The notes under the pieces are model-generated. The model had not been told where the DNA came from, made no database searches, and was given only the letters and a program-made list of their open reading frames with translations. Position numbers and translations under genes: made by a program. This document shows, in pieces, positions 16,717 to 26,242 of a DNA stretch of 64,000 nt. Numbering within the stretch: position 1 is the stretch's first letter; each line of letters begins with the position of its first letter. Source of the DNA: Rhodospirillales bacterium (GTDB lineage Bacteria; Pseudomonadota; Alphaproteobacteria; Rhodospirillales; Casp-alpha2); NCBI GenBank assembly GCA_048263775.1, contig JBLXDU010000005.1:76953-140952 (forward strand). The letters are read 5' to 3'.

Positions 16717-17712
16717 TCAGGAATTGACGTCGATCACCGTGCGCCCGCGCAGCTGGCCCTTGAGGATCTTGCCGGCCAGGTCCGGCAGGTCACTCAAACC
16801 TGCCGTCTCGGTCAGCGCGTCCAGCTTGTCGAGCGGCAGGTCCTTGGCGATGCGGTTCCAGGCGGCGACACGCCGGCCGGTGGGGCAGGTGGCACTGTCG
16901 ATGCCGCACAGGTTGATGCCGCGCAGCAGGAACGGCAGCACCGTGGTTTCCAGCTTGAACGACCCGGCATTGCCGACCGAGGCGCAGGTGCCCCAGTACT
17001 TGAGGGTCGCCAGGACCGTATGCAGGGTCGGCCCGCCGACGTTGTCGATGGCGCCGGACCAGCGTTCGCGGGCAAGCGGCCCCTTGGGCGCTTCTTCCAG
17101 TTCGGCCCGGTCGACGATGGTGGTCGCCCCCAGATCCTTCAGATAGGCGTGGGACTCCGGGCTGCCGGTGGAGGCCGCGACCCGGTAGCCCAGATTGGCC
17201 AGGATCGAGGTGGCGACGGAACCGACACCACCCGATCCACCGGTGACCAGCACTTCGCCGTCGTTTTCCGGGGTCAAGCCGTGGTCTTCCAGGGTCATGA
17301 TCGCCAGCATGGCCGTAAAGCCCGCCGTACCGACGGCCATGGCGCGTTTGAGGTCCAGTCCCTTGGGCATCGGCACCAGCCAGTCGCCCTTGACCCGCGC
17401 CTTCTGGGCATGGCCGCCCCAATGAACCTCGCCCACGCGCCAGCCGGTCAGGATGACCTCGTCGCCGGGCTTATAGTTCGGATTGTCGGAGGCTTCGACG
17501 ACGCCGGAAAAATCGATGCCGGAGACATGGGGATAATCCCGCACCAAGCGGCCCAGGCCGTTGATGACCATGCCGTCCTTGTAGTTGACCGTGGAATATT
17601 TGACAGCGACGGTGACGTCGCCCTCGGGCAGGCGGGCCTCGTCGATGTCCTGAATGGACGACGAAACCTTGCCGTCGGTTTCTTCGAGCAAAAGTCCTTT
17701 GAACGTGGACAT
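16717..17712 (-). CDS. acuI: Acrylyl-CoA reductase AcuI / YhdH-type NADPH:quinone oxidoreductase family (MDR superfamily)
   Basis: 331-aa ORF that aligns by eye along its whole length with E. coli YhdH (RLPEGDVTV.V.YS.NYKD, LTGW.VGE.HWGG.AQ.ARVKGDWLV.MP.GLD, VTG.SGGVGS, QL.GRT). Confidence 0.9.
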   Translation of the reverse strand: MSTFKGLLLEETDGKVSSSIQDIDEARLPEGDVTVAVKYSTVNYKDGMVINGLGRLVRDYPHVSGIDFSGVVEASDNPNYKPGDEVILTGWRVGEVHWGGHAQKARVKGDWLVPMPKGLDLKRAMAVGTAGFTAMLAIMTLEDHGLTPENDGEVLVTGGSGGVGSVATSILANLGYRVAASTGSPESHAYLKDLGATTIVDRAELEEAPKGPLARERWSGAIDNVGGPTLHTVLATLKYWGTCASVGNAGSFKLETTVLPFLLRGINLCGIDSATCPTGRRVAAWNRIAKDLPLDKLDALTETAGLSDLPDLAGKILKGQLRGRTVIDVNS

Positions 17713-17802
17713 GAACGTGCCTCCCGGGATCGGTGGTTCGGTGTGGATGGGTTGTTAATGGGTGTAGAGAACCGCTGCCCCGGGGTCAACGGGGGACCGA
17801 GA

Positions 17803-18849
17803 TCAGCCCGCCAGCCGCCAGGCAAGCGTCTCCCCGCCACGGAAGGAAACCAAGCGATCTCCGCCCGGCAGGTCCACGGCTTCGGGCTGCTCCCAAGGCT
17901 GGCGCTCCAGGGTAATCATCGCCTCGTTCACGGGCAGGCTGTAGAACGCGGGGCCGTTCAGCGAGGCGAAGGCTTCCAGCTTGTCCAGCGCACCGGCCTT
18001 ATCGAACACCTCGGCATAGACCTCGATCGCCGCCGGGGCCGAGAATATCCCGGCGCAGCCGCAGGCCGTTTCCTTGGCATGGGCCGCGTGGGGGGCCGTG
18101 TCGGTGCCCAGGAAGAACTTGGCATTGCCCGAGGTCGCGGCCTTGACCAAGGCCTGGCGGTGGACCTCACGTTTTGCAATGGGCAGGCAATAAAGGTGCG
18201 GTCGGATGCCGCCCCGGAAGATGTCCGTGCGGTTGATGACCAGATGATGGGCCGTCACCGTGGCCCCGACCGTGGGCCCCGCCCCTTCGACGAAGGCCAC
18301 GGCGTCGGCCGTGGTGATATGTTCCAACACGATCTTGAGGCCCGGCAGGCGTGCGACCAGGGGGGCCAGGGTGCGTTCGATGAACACGGCCTCGCGGTCG
18401 AACACATCGACATCCGCATCCGTGACCTCGCCATGCACCAGAAGCGGCATGCCGATATCGGCCATGCGTTCCAGCACGGGCGTGACTTTGTCGATGGCAG
18501 TGACGCCGGAATCCGAATTGGTCGTGGCCCCAGCAGGATAGTACTTCACCGCCGTCAACACGCCATCGCGGAACCCGGCGGCGAGATCGTCCGGGTCCGT
18601 CTTATCGGTCAGGTAAGCCGTCATCAGGGGCGTGAAATCGACGCCGTCCGGCACGGCAGTCAAAATGCGGTCCCGGTATGCCGATGCCAGCGCCGCCGTG
18701 GTCACCGGCGGCACCAGATTGGGCATGACGATGGCGCGGGCCATCTGGCGCGCCGTGAAGGGCACGACGGCGGCCATCATGGCACCGTCACGGAAATGCA
18801 CGTGCCAGTCGTCGGGCCGGCGGATGGTCAGGGTCTGTTGGTTAGTCAC
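17803..18849 (-). CDS. pyrC: Dihydroorotase, homodimeric (class II) type
   Basis: 348-aa [16 protein letters not shown] metal-binding motif, [11 protein letters not shown], and overall collinearity with E. coli-type PyrC. Confidence 0.9.
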   Translation of the reverse strand: MTNQQTLTIRRPDDWHVHFRDGAMMAAVVPFTARQMARAIVMPNLVPPVTTAALASAYRDRILTAVPDGVDFTPLMTAYLTDKTDPDDLAAGFRDGVLTAVKYYPAGATTNSDSGVTAIDKVTPVLERMADIGMPLLVHGEVTDADVDVFDREAVFIERTLAPLVARLPGLKIVLEHITTADAVAFVEGAGPTVGATVTAHHLVINRTDIFRGGIRPHLYCLPIAKREVHRQALVKAATSGNAKFFLGTDTAPHAAHAKETACGCAGIFSAPAAIEVYAEVFDKAGALDKLEAFASLNGPAFYSLPVNEAMITLERQPWEQPEAVDLPGGDRLVSFRGGETLAWRLAG

Positions 18850-18852
18850 GGA

Positions 18853-20631
18853 TTAGACGGCCTCTCCCAAGACTTCGAGGACGCCGCCCTTGGGCACTCC
18901 GCCCAGGATGTGGTGTTGGTGCCAGACGGCATAGAACAGAAGTGTCCAGGCGGCCTGCATTTCGCGCTTTCCGGCATTTCGGAACAGGCTGGTGACCGCG
19001 TCCGGACGGCATATCTCGGCAATCCCCGGCTGGGCCGCGACAAGCGGACCCAGGCGCTGGCCCTCGGCCACGATCCATTCGCCCACGGGCACGGTGAATC
19101 CACGCTTGGCGGCGAACGGCCGGGCCATCGGCACGACCTTTTCCAACCATTTGCGAAGCAGCCATTTACCACGCCCACGCCGCACCTTCAGCCCGTCCGG
19201 CAGGCCGAAGCCGAAAGCCGCCAGCTTGGTGTCCAGAAACGGCACCCGGCCCTCGACCCCATGGGCCATCAGGCAGCGATCAAGCTTGGTCAGCAGGTCG
19301 TTGGGCAACCAGTCAGCCATATCCACGGCTTGGACCCGCTGCAGGGGCGTCCAGCCTTTACCCTGGGCCTCTTCCCCGGCCATCTCGATACCGCCTCGCC
19401 AGGCGCGGGATTCCTCACGCAGGACGCCCAGGCCTTCCAGCGCACCCCGTTCGCGCATGGGGCGGCCGCCCAACAGGCGCCATCGCGTGGCCCGGCGATA
19501 GCGCCCGTAACCGGCGAACACCTCGTCCCCGCCCTCACCGGACAGAATTACCTTGATCCCGGCCGCGCGGGCCGTCTGGGCCAGCTTGTAGCTGGGCAGC
19601 ACGGCATAATCGGCCGCCGGGTCATCGACGGCGGCAGCGATCTCCGGCAACAGGCCCCAGAAATCCGTGGCACCGAATTCGACCTCGTGATGGTCGGCGC
19701 CCATATGGGCCGCGATCTCGCGGGCCAGGGCGCGTTCATCATGGACCTGGGTGCCGGAAAATCCGGCGGTGAAGGCCGTGACCGGCCGTTCGTTCAGGCG
19801 CGACATCATCGCCAACAGGACCGTGGAATCTATGCCCCCGGAAAAGAACATACCGTAGGGCACGTCCGAGCGCTGATGCACCCCGACCGCGTCATCCAGC
19901 AGATCATCAAGCCGCATCAAGGCATCCGACCGGCCCAGGCCCTTGGGCGGGCCTTCAGGCAGGGCCGACATCCGGTTGCGCCCGATCACCCGGCCCTTCT
20001 CGACGATCAGGGTTTCCCCCGGCAGCACCCGCTCAATCCCCGCGAAAGGCGTTTCCCGGCCGGAGGAGAACTGCATCTGCAGCATCTCGTCCCGCGCCAT
20101 GGGATTGAGGCGCGCCGTCGCCAGCCCGGCGCGGATCAGCGCCTGCGGTTCGGACGCAAAGGCGAAAGCCGATCCCGACTGGGTAAAGTACAACGGCTTG
20201 ATCCCGAACGGATCGCGGGTCAGCACCAGGCGGCCGCGCGCACGGTCGTGAATGGCGATGGCGTACATGCCGCGCAGATGGTCGGTGAAACCCAGTTCCT
20301 CGCGCAGGTAAAGCTGCAGCGGCACCTCGCAGTCGGACCGCGTCTTGAACGGCACCCGGCCCAGGTCCAATTTGACCTCGACGTAATTGTAGATTTCGCC
20401 GTTGGCGACCAGGACCGCCTCGTTGCCGTCGGGCCCCTTGGCGGCGATCGGTTGGTCGCCCGTTTCCAGGTCGATGATCGCCAACCGCGTCTGGACCAGG
20501 CCTACGTCGCCGTCGACATGACGGCCGTGGCCGTCAGGCCCGCGATGAGCCAGGGCAACAGCCAGCGCGTCGAGAACCCCCGCCGGCGGGGCGGAGCCGT
20601 CTCGTGTCATGATGCCTGCGATACCGCACAT
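18853..20631 (-). CDS. Asparagine synthase (glutamine-hydrolysing) family amidotransferase
   Basis: 592-aa ORF. N-terminal Ntn nucleophile MCGIAG and PP-loop FFSGGIDSTVLL. It sits at the tail of a glycosyltransferase operon. Confidence 0.9.
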   Translation of the reverse strand: MCGIAGIMTRDGSAPPAGVLDALAVALAHRGPDGHGRHVDGDVGLVQTRLAIIDLETGDQPIAAKGPDGNEAVLVANGEIYNYVEVKLDLGRVPFKTRSDCEVPLQLYLREELGFTDHLRGMYAIAIHDRARGRLVLTRDPFGIKPLYFTQSGSAFAFASEPQALIRAGLATARLNPMARDEMLQMQFSSGRETPFAGIERVLPGETLIVEKGRVIGRNRMSALPEGPPKGLGRSDALMRLDDLLDDAVGVHQRSDVPYGMFFSGGIDSTVLLAMMSRLNERPVTAFTAGFSGTQVHDERALAREIAAHMGADHHEVEFGATDFWGLLPEIAAAVDDPAADYAVLPSYKLAQTARAAGIKVILSGEGGDEVFAGYGRYRRATRWRLLGGRPMRERGALEGLGVLREESRAWRGGIEMAGEEAQGKGWTPLQRVQAVDMADWLPNDLLTKLDRCLMAHGVEGRVPFLDTKLAAFGFGLPDGLKVRRGRGKWLLRKWLEKVVPMARPFAAKRGFTVPVGEWIVAEGQRLGPLVAAQPGIAEICRPDAVTSLFRNAGKREMQAAWTLLFYAVWHQHHILGGVPKGGVLEVLGEAV

Positions 20632-20645
20632 GGGATGATCTTACG

Positions 20646-21680
20646 TCAGTTTTCCCGATTGGTAACAATCGATTGAAAAAAGTCCAGATAACGCTGCACG
20701 ACTTGGCCTTCCGTGAATCTCTGTTCATAAACCTCGCGGCCGCGCCGGGCGATATGGTCCGCCAATTCGTAATCGTCGATCACCGCACGCACGGCGCGGG
20801 CCAGGGCGTCTGAATCATCGACCGGCACCAGAATGCCGGAATCCATATGATCGATCAGGGTGCCCGGGCCCATGCTGTCGGCGGCGATCACGGGAACCCC
20901 CTGGGCCCAGGCCTCCAGCACCACATTGCCCAGCGGTTCGTGCCGTGACGGGCAGACGAACAGGTCACAGGCGGCGAACAGTTCCGCCGTGTCTTCGCGC
21001 CAGCCGAGGAAACGAACCCTGGGCTTGATACCCAGGTCTTCCGCCTGCTTTTCCAGACTTTCACGCAAGGGGCCGTCACCGGCCAGCCACAGATAGGTGT
21101 TGGGCACCCGCGCCATGGCGCGCAGCAGCACGTCGAAGCCCTTGTTTTCGTGCAGCCGGCCGAGGGCCAGGATCAGGACGGCATTTTCAGGCGTGTAGAG
21201 GGACCGGCGGCTGAGCGGCTCGGCCTGATCCTCGGACACGAAATTGGGCAGGTAATGGGCCCGGCTTTTGTCCCACCCCTGGCCGACGATATGGTTGACG
21301 ATGTCTTCCGTATTGCCGATCAGGTGGTCACAGGTGCGGTAGTACTTCAGGTCGTAATAGCCGCCCAACCGGCCGACCTGGACGAAATCACCCTTGGGGC
21401 ACATCTTGCTGGCCCGGTTCATCCAGGTCATGACGATCTGCGGCTGGAACGTCTTGATCTCGTGTTTGAAGGCGCGCGGTGTACGACGGTCGAGCATGCC
21501 GCCGAACGGCAGTTCCAAGGGCTCGATCCCGGCGTCGCGCAGGGAATTCGCGCGGGCCTTGTTCTCGCGGATCAGCACGCGCTGCTCCAGCCCGGCGCGG
21601 TTCAGGGCGCGAACAAGACGCACGAAGAACGCTTCGGCACCGCCGAATTCCGCCCCCGCCATGGCCTGCATCACCTTCAC
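20646..21680 (-). CDS. Glycosyltransferase family 4 (GT-B, GT1-type fold)
   Basis: The track ORF reaches 21929 with an Arg/Gly-rich junk N-terminus. The GTG at 21680 overlaps the upstream stop (GTGA) and gives VKVMQAMAGAEFGGAEAFF. The C-terminal E-x7-E-like block PSRHEPLGNVVLEAWAQGVPVIA is present. Confidence 0.85.
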   Translation of the reverse strand: MKVMQAMAGAEFGGAEAFFVRLVRALNRAGLEQRVLIRENKARANSLRDAGIEPLELPFGGMLDRRTPRAFKHEIKTFQPQIVMTWMNRASKMCPKGDFVQVGRLGGYYDLKYYRTCDHLIGNTEDIVNHIVGQGWDKSRAHYLPNFVSEDQAEPLSRRSLYTPENAVLILALGRLHENKGFDVLLRAMARVPNTYLWLAGDGPLRESLEKQAEDLGIKPRVRFLGWREDTAELFAACDLFVCPSRHEPLGNVVLEAWAQGVPVIAADSMGPGTLIDHMDSGILVPVDDSDALARAVRAVIDDYELADHIARRGREVYEQRFTEGQVVQRYLDFFQSIVTNREN

Positions 21681-22711
21681 GGCAGCAACCTTTCCCAGGC
21701 CTCGGCAGCCTCGGGCCAACGCCAGGACCGTTGCTTTTGAAGTGCCGCCGCCTGTTGCGCCGACCACAGGGCATCGTCGCTCAGCAGTTTCACGGCGGCA
21801 TCGGCGAAAGCCTGATCGTCGCGGGCGACGAAGCCCGTTTCGCCGTCGATCACCCGTTCGCGCATGGAGCCCAGGTCTGTCACCACGGCGGGCATTCCCA
21901 TGGCCTGGGCCTCGCCCACGGCCATGCAAAAGGTCTCGTTGATGTCACCACGATAAAGCATGCATCTGGCCTGTCGGAATTCGTCGATGAGGCGTTGCTT
22001 GGGCACCGGGCCCGGCAATCGGACCCCTTTTTCTTCCAACGATTTAGCCTTGTCGAGAACTTTCGCCATGGGGTCTGCCTTGGCCGCGCCGGCGCTGCCG
22101 TATACGGCAGCGCCCGTGAACAGCACCAATTCCGCCCCCGGCACGCGAGGCTGGATGTCCTGGGCCCAGCGGTCAAGCAGCCAATCAAGCCCGCGCAGCG
22201 GGTTGGAGGAAAATACCGCACGAGGTCCCGGCGGGGCCGAGGCCGGCTGAGTATTGCAGAAATCGTCGGGCAAACCGTAAGGAATGACCACGCGATTTTT
22301 GATCGGGCACCAACCGGGATAGGTCGTCGCGTGATAGTCGCCGATGAACACGATGGCGTCGGCGTATTTCCAGAGCTTCGACAGGTAGCGCCACTTGACC
22401 ATGTAAGTCGCCGGGTTATGGGTCCAAAATACGGTGCGCCCCGCCCGCGGCATAAGCGGCAGGACCTTGTCCCCCCGATTGGCGATGAACAGGTCCGCCT
22501 TGTCGGGCATTCCCGCTTTCAAGGGAGCCCAGGTAACGCCCTTATGCACCAGGGGGGCCTGACAGTTATTATGGACCGAAACCTCATGCCCGCGCGCCGC
22601 CAACGTTTCCATCAGGAACACGAGGGAGCTTTCCGCCCCACCGAGCGGGCCTTCCTCGGGCGTGCGGCCGTCGAATTCGATGCCGTCGTCAGCCAGGACG
22701 ATGCGCGCCAT
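21677..22711 (-). CDS. Glycosyltransferase family 4 (GT-B)
   Basis: 344-aa ORF. N-terminal GGAESSLVFLMETLAARGHEV and a C-terminal ETFCMAVGEAQAMGMPAVV block. Confidence 0.85.
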   Translation of the reverse strand: MARIVLADDGIEFDGRTPEEGPLGGAESSLVFLMETLAARGHEVSVHNNCQAPLVHKGVTWAPLKAGMPDKADLFIANRGDKVLPLMPRAGRTVFWTHNPATYMVKWRYLSKLWKYADAIVFIGDYHATTYPGWCPIKNRVVIPYGLPDDFCNTQPASAPPGPRAVFSSNPLRGLDWLLDRWAQDIQPRVPGAELVLFTGAAVYGSAGAAKADPMAKVLDKAKSLEEKGVRLPGPVPKQRLIDEFRQARCMLYRGDINETFCMAVGEAQAMGMPAVVTDLGSMRERVIDGETGFVARDDQAFADAAVKLLSDDALWSAQQAAALQKQRSWRWPEAAEAWERLLP

Positions 22712-23497
22712 TCAGGCCTCCCCGCTTTTGGGGTTCCCGGCCTCGTCCTCAAGCCGCGCCTTTAGGTGCGAGATCAGCGGATAGAGCCCGGCGCAAAGCG
22801 CGATCAGAAACCCGTAGCCGCCTTCACGGTAGCCCTTGCGGCGCACATAGCATTTGAAGAAGCGGGTGAAGAAGCGGCGCAGGTTGTTGGCGAAGCCGCC
22901 GGCTTGGCCCGTGTCCCGCAGGTCTGCCGCCCGCGCCGTGGTATAGCTGTCGAGACGCTTCAACATATCGGACACGTTACGGTCCACGTAATGATCAAGG
23001 CGGTTGGTCAGCATGGGCCCCTTGACGCCGCTCCAGGTCAGGGCGGGATGAACCCGCTGCGGGCCCCAGCGTTTGACACCCTTACGGAACAGGCCCGGAT
23101 ATGCGGCCTTGCCGAAGCTCGCCCCCCAGCCCCAGCGCACGAGCCGATCGCCGATGTAATTGTCGACCAGGATTTCGTGCCAGTCGTGGGATGTCGTGGC
23201 GATGACGGCGCGGATTTCCCGTGCCAGGGCGTCCGGCACCCGTTCATCGGCATCGACTTCCAGCACCCAATCGCCGTTGCAGGCGTCGATGGCGGCGTTG
23301 CGGCGGGTTCCTTCCGGGTCCCAGGCGCCCTCGATCACGCGGTCCGTGAAGCGGCGGGCGATCTCGGCCGTTGCGTCCGTGCATTTGTCGGCCAGCACGA
23401 CCAGTTCATCCCCGAAGCCAAGGGTCGCCAGACAGTCCGCCAGATGCGCCGCCTCGTTATGGGCGCAAACGACGATGGATAGCCGGGGGCCGGTCAC
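22712..23497 (-). CDS. Glycosyltransferase family 2
   Basis: LSIVVCAHNEAAHLADCL and the DxD-type EVDADE motif. The GTG at 23497 overlaps the upstream stop (GTGA). The track start at 23524 is also possible. Confidence 0.85.
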   Translation of the reverse strand: MTGPRLSIVVCAHNEAAHLADCLATLGFGDELVVLADKCTDATAEIARRFTDRVIEGAWDPEGTRRNAAIDACNGDWVLEVDADERVPDALAREIRAVIATTSHDWHEILVDNYIGDRLVRWGWGASFGKAAYPGLFRKGVKRWGPQRVHPALTWSGVKGPMLTNRLDHYVDRNVSDMLKRLDSYTTARAADLRDTGQAGGFANNLRRFFTRFFKCYVRRKGYREGGYGFLIALCAGLYPLISHLKARLEDEAGNPKSGEA

Positions 23498-24456
23498 GAC
23501 GCCGCCTCCTTGCAGTCGATCCACAGATCGCTGGCTGCGTTTGCGACGGCATCGACGCTAAGTGTGTCCATCAGCGACGGTGAGTTTTCCCAGTCATAGT
23601 CACGGGGGAAAATATCCGGAAAAGCGACGGCACGCACGACGCGGCAATGCCCCCCCCAGGGGCCGTACAACTGATCCTGCGTGGGACCGAACAGCCCCAG
23701 GGTCGGCACGCCCGCCGCTGCCGCCAGATGCATCAACCCGGAATCGTTGCCGACATAAAGCGATGCCCGTTCCAGGCAGGCATAGGCTTCGAGAAGGGAA
23801 ATCCGCCCGACCAGATCAATGCGCCGATCTTCCGGGATGCTGTTCAGAAAATCCTGCACGGAGTCCCGTTCCGTCTCATGGCCGAATACGGCAACGGCCG
23901 CACCCGGCAGAATGCCCTGATCACCGGTCAACCGCGCCACCAAATCCGCAAAGCGGTCCTGGGGCCAGGTCTTACCCTGCCAATTGGCCGTGGGGCCGAT
24001 GGCCAAAATCACACGTTCCTTGGGCATCAGGCGATCCGCCGTGGCGCGGTGCGTATCGGTGATCCAGATCGTCGGCGCCGGCACCTCGTCGGTGATCCCC
24101 ATGACCTGGGCATAACGTTCAAGCCGGTGGCCCGCCCCCTTGCGCCCCATGCGGAATTTCCGGGCGGCCGGTATCAGGTAGGTCAGGGGCGCGTTGCGCA
24201 GGTCGACCAGGATCGACCACCACCGTCCGACGCATTCCGCCCACAAACCCAGCCAATGCAGGGAATAGGGCTTTTTATCCAGGATAATGACCCGTTCCAG
24301 GCCCGGCACGGCGTCAAACAAGGGGGCCGCCACCCGCCCGCAGGCGACTGTCACGCGGGCCCCCGGGTTATCCCGGACCAAGCGGCCCAGAATCCCCATG
24401 GATAGGACCGCGTCACCGATCCGCGTCGCCGTGACGAACAGGATGTTTTTTGCCAT
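23494..24456 (-). CDS. Glycosyltransferase family 9 (LPS heptosyltransferase-like)
   Basis: 320-aa ORF. MAKNILFVTATRIGDAVLSMGIL and the C-terminal YVGNDSGLMHLAAAAGVPTLGLFGPT block are typical of ADP-heptose:LPS heptosyltransferases. Confidence 0.85.
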   Translation of the reverse strand: MAKNILFVTATRIGDAVLSMGILGRLVRDNPGARVTVACGRVAAPLFDAVPGLERVIILDKKPYSLHWLGLWAECVGRWWSILVDLRNAPLTYLIPAARKFRMGRKGAGHRLERYAQVMGITDEVPAPTIWITDTHRATADRLMPKERVILAIGPTANWQGKTWPQDRFADLVARLTGDQGILPGAAVAVFGHETERDSVQDFLNSIPEDRRIDLVGRISLLEAYACLERASLYVGNDSGLMHLAAAAGVPTLGLFGPTQDQLYGPWGGHCRVVRAVAFPDIFPRDYDWENSPSLMDTLSVDAVANAASDLWIDCKEAAS

Positions 24457-24638
24457 GACTTAATCGTTTCTCGGACCGTTCCCGCCGGGCGATTTCTTGG
24501 GCAGATTTTCGGCCACCCCCTATTCGCAGCCGATTTTACACGTTCCCCGTCTTATAGGGCCACCATCCCCTGTTGCCTAGGCCGCTAGGTGCTCCCATAT
24601 TCAGGGCACCGGTACCCATCCATTTTCGGGATCAGAAC

Positions 24639-25547
24639 ATGACTGAACAGACCTACGTCGTCCTTGAAGACCGCGGTGTCCTCGCCCTTACCGGCGACGA
24701 TGCGCGAACTTTCCTTCAGGGGCTGATTTCCAACGATATCAACAAGGTCACCCCCACGCATGCCATACATGCGGCGCTGCTGACGCCCCAGGGCAAGTAC
24801 TTGCATGATTTCTTCATCGCCGAAACGGCCGACGGCACCTTGTTATTGGACGGTGAACGCGCGCGCCTGGACGATCTGGCCAAGCGCCTGAAGCTGTACA
24901 AATTACGCGCCAAGGTCACGATCGAGGACCAAAGCGCGCAATGGCGTGTCGCCGCCCTGCCCAGCGGAGCGGGCACCGCGACACTCGCCCCCGACGCCGG
25001 CGCGGCGCAGGCCAAGGACGGCGGCGTGCTGTTCGTCGACCCGCGCCTGACGGCCCTGGGCGCGCGGGCCATCCTGCCCACCGCCGGCGCGGAAGCGACG
25101 CTGAGCGGGCTCGGCCTCCGTGCCGGGGACCGCGCGGCCTACGACATCCTCCGCCTGAGCCTGGGCGTGCCCGACGGCAGCCGCGACATGATCGTCGATA
25201 AATCCATTCTTCTGGAAAGCGGCTTTGACGAACTGAACGGCATCGACTGGAAAAAGGGCTGCTACATGGGCCAGGAACTGACGGCCCGCACCAAATATCG
25301 CGGCCTGGTCCGAAAACGCCTGCTGCCCGTGGAGATCGAGGGCACCCTGCCCGAGACGGGTACGCCGGTCACCCTGGACGGCAAGGAAGTGGGCGAGGTC
25401 CGCTCCACCGTTGCCGATGGCACGGGTGGTCGGGGGCTTGCCATGATTCGTCTGGAACATCTGGAGACGGGCGGTCCGTTCGAGGCTGCGGGAGCCAAGA
25501 TCACGCCGCACAAGCCGGATTGGGTTGTGTTCCAGACGGAATCGTAA
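24639..25547 (+). CDS. ygfZ: Folate-binding protein YgfZ (aminomethyltransferase-like fold)
   Basis: ATG at 24639 (MTEQTYVVLEDRGVLALTGDDARTFLQGLISNDI). The signature KKGCYMGQELTARTKYRG is present. Confidence 0.85.
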   Translation: MTEQTYVVLEDRGVLALTGDDARTFLQGLISNDINKVTPTHAIHAALLTPQGKYLHDFFIAETADGTLLLDGERARLDDLAKRLKLYKLRAKVTIEDQSAQWRVAALPSGAGTATLAPDAGAAQAKDGGVLFVDPRLTALGARAILPTAGAEATLSGLGLRAGDRAAYDILRLSLGVPDGSRDMIVDKSILLESGFDELNGIDWKKGCYMGQELTARTKYRGLVRKRLLPVEIEGTLPETGTPVTLDGKEVGEVRSTVADGTGGRGLAMIRLEHLETGGPFEAAGAKITPHKPDWVVFQTES

Positions 25548-25588
25548 AGAAACTGGTTCCGCCACGGCCCGGGGCCTAATGTCGGCCC

Positions 25589-26239
25589 ATGACTTTGTTC
25601 TTCTTCCAAAAGGCCGCACGCCTGCTGAAACCCGTGGCGCGAAGCTATGAACGCCGGCTGGCCGAACTGGGCCCCGACGCCCGCGCCGTGTTCTGGAAAA
25701 GCGAAGACCATCAGCTCGTCCGGTTTGAAACGCTCTATCAGGTCATCGACGATGCCGACGCGCGGGCGGGCGGAAACACCATCGCTGACTTCGGCTGCGG
25801 TTATGGCGCTTTGTTCGATTTTCTCAAGGATACGCCGGCCCTCAGGGGCGGGCGGTACGTCGGCTATGACATGTCGAAAAAAATGGTCGAGGCTGCCCGG
25901 GCCCGCATCCGCGACCCCCGCGCCCGCTTCCTGCAGCAGATCACCGTGACGGAGCCCGCCGATTACGTCTTTGCCTGCGGCACTTACAATATGCACATCA
26001 ACGCCGACGCTGCGGAATGGGGCGACTATGTGAAGGACAGCCTGCGCGAGCTTTGGGCCAAGACCAACAAGACCCTTGCCTTCAACCTGCTGCGCGCCGA
26101 CGCAGTCGAACAGTACCAGGGCTTGTTCTATGTCGACGGTGGGGAGTTCCTGAATTTTTGCCGGACGGAGCTTTCACCCCGCGCAACCGTCACCAACGAC
26201 GCCCCCCTGCCCGATTACACCTTTATCGTTAGGCGCTGA
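25589..26239 (+). CDS. Class I SAM-dependent methyltransferase
   Basis: 216-aa ORF with SAM motif I IADFGCGYGALFDFL. Confidence 0.75.
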   Translation: MTLFFFQKAARLLKPVARSYERRLAELGPDARAVFWKSEDHQLVRFETLYQVIDDADARAGGNTIADFGCGYGALFDFLKDTPALRGGRYVGYDMSKKMVEAARARIRDPRARFLQQITVTEPADYVFACGTYNMHINADAAEWGDYVKDSLRELWAKTNKTLAFNLLRADAVEQYQGLFYVDGGEFLNFCRTELSPRATVTNDAPLPDYTFIVRR

Positions 26240-26242
26240 CGC

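Noticed and set aside
15853-20676. A 1607-aa ORF on the plus strand, the longest in the track.
   Set aside because: It runs antisense across five well-supported minus-strand genes (ICL/PEPM, acuI, pyrC, the asnB-like gene and part of a GT4). Its translation is dominated by Arg/Gly/Ala/Pro/Asp/His with no recognisable domain. This is the classic stop-codon-free antisense frame of GC-rich coding DNA.
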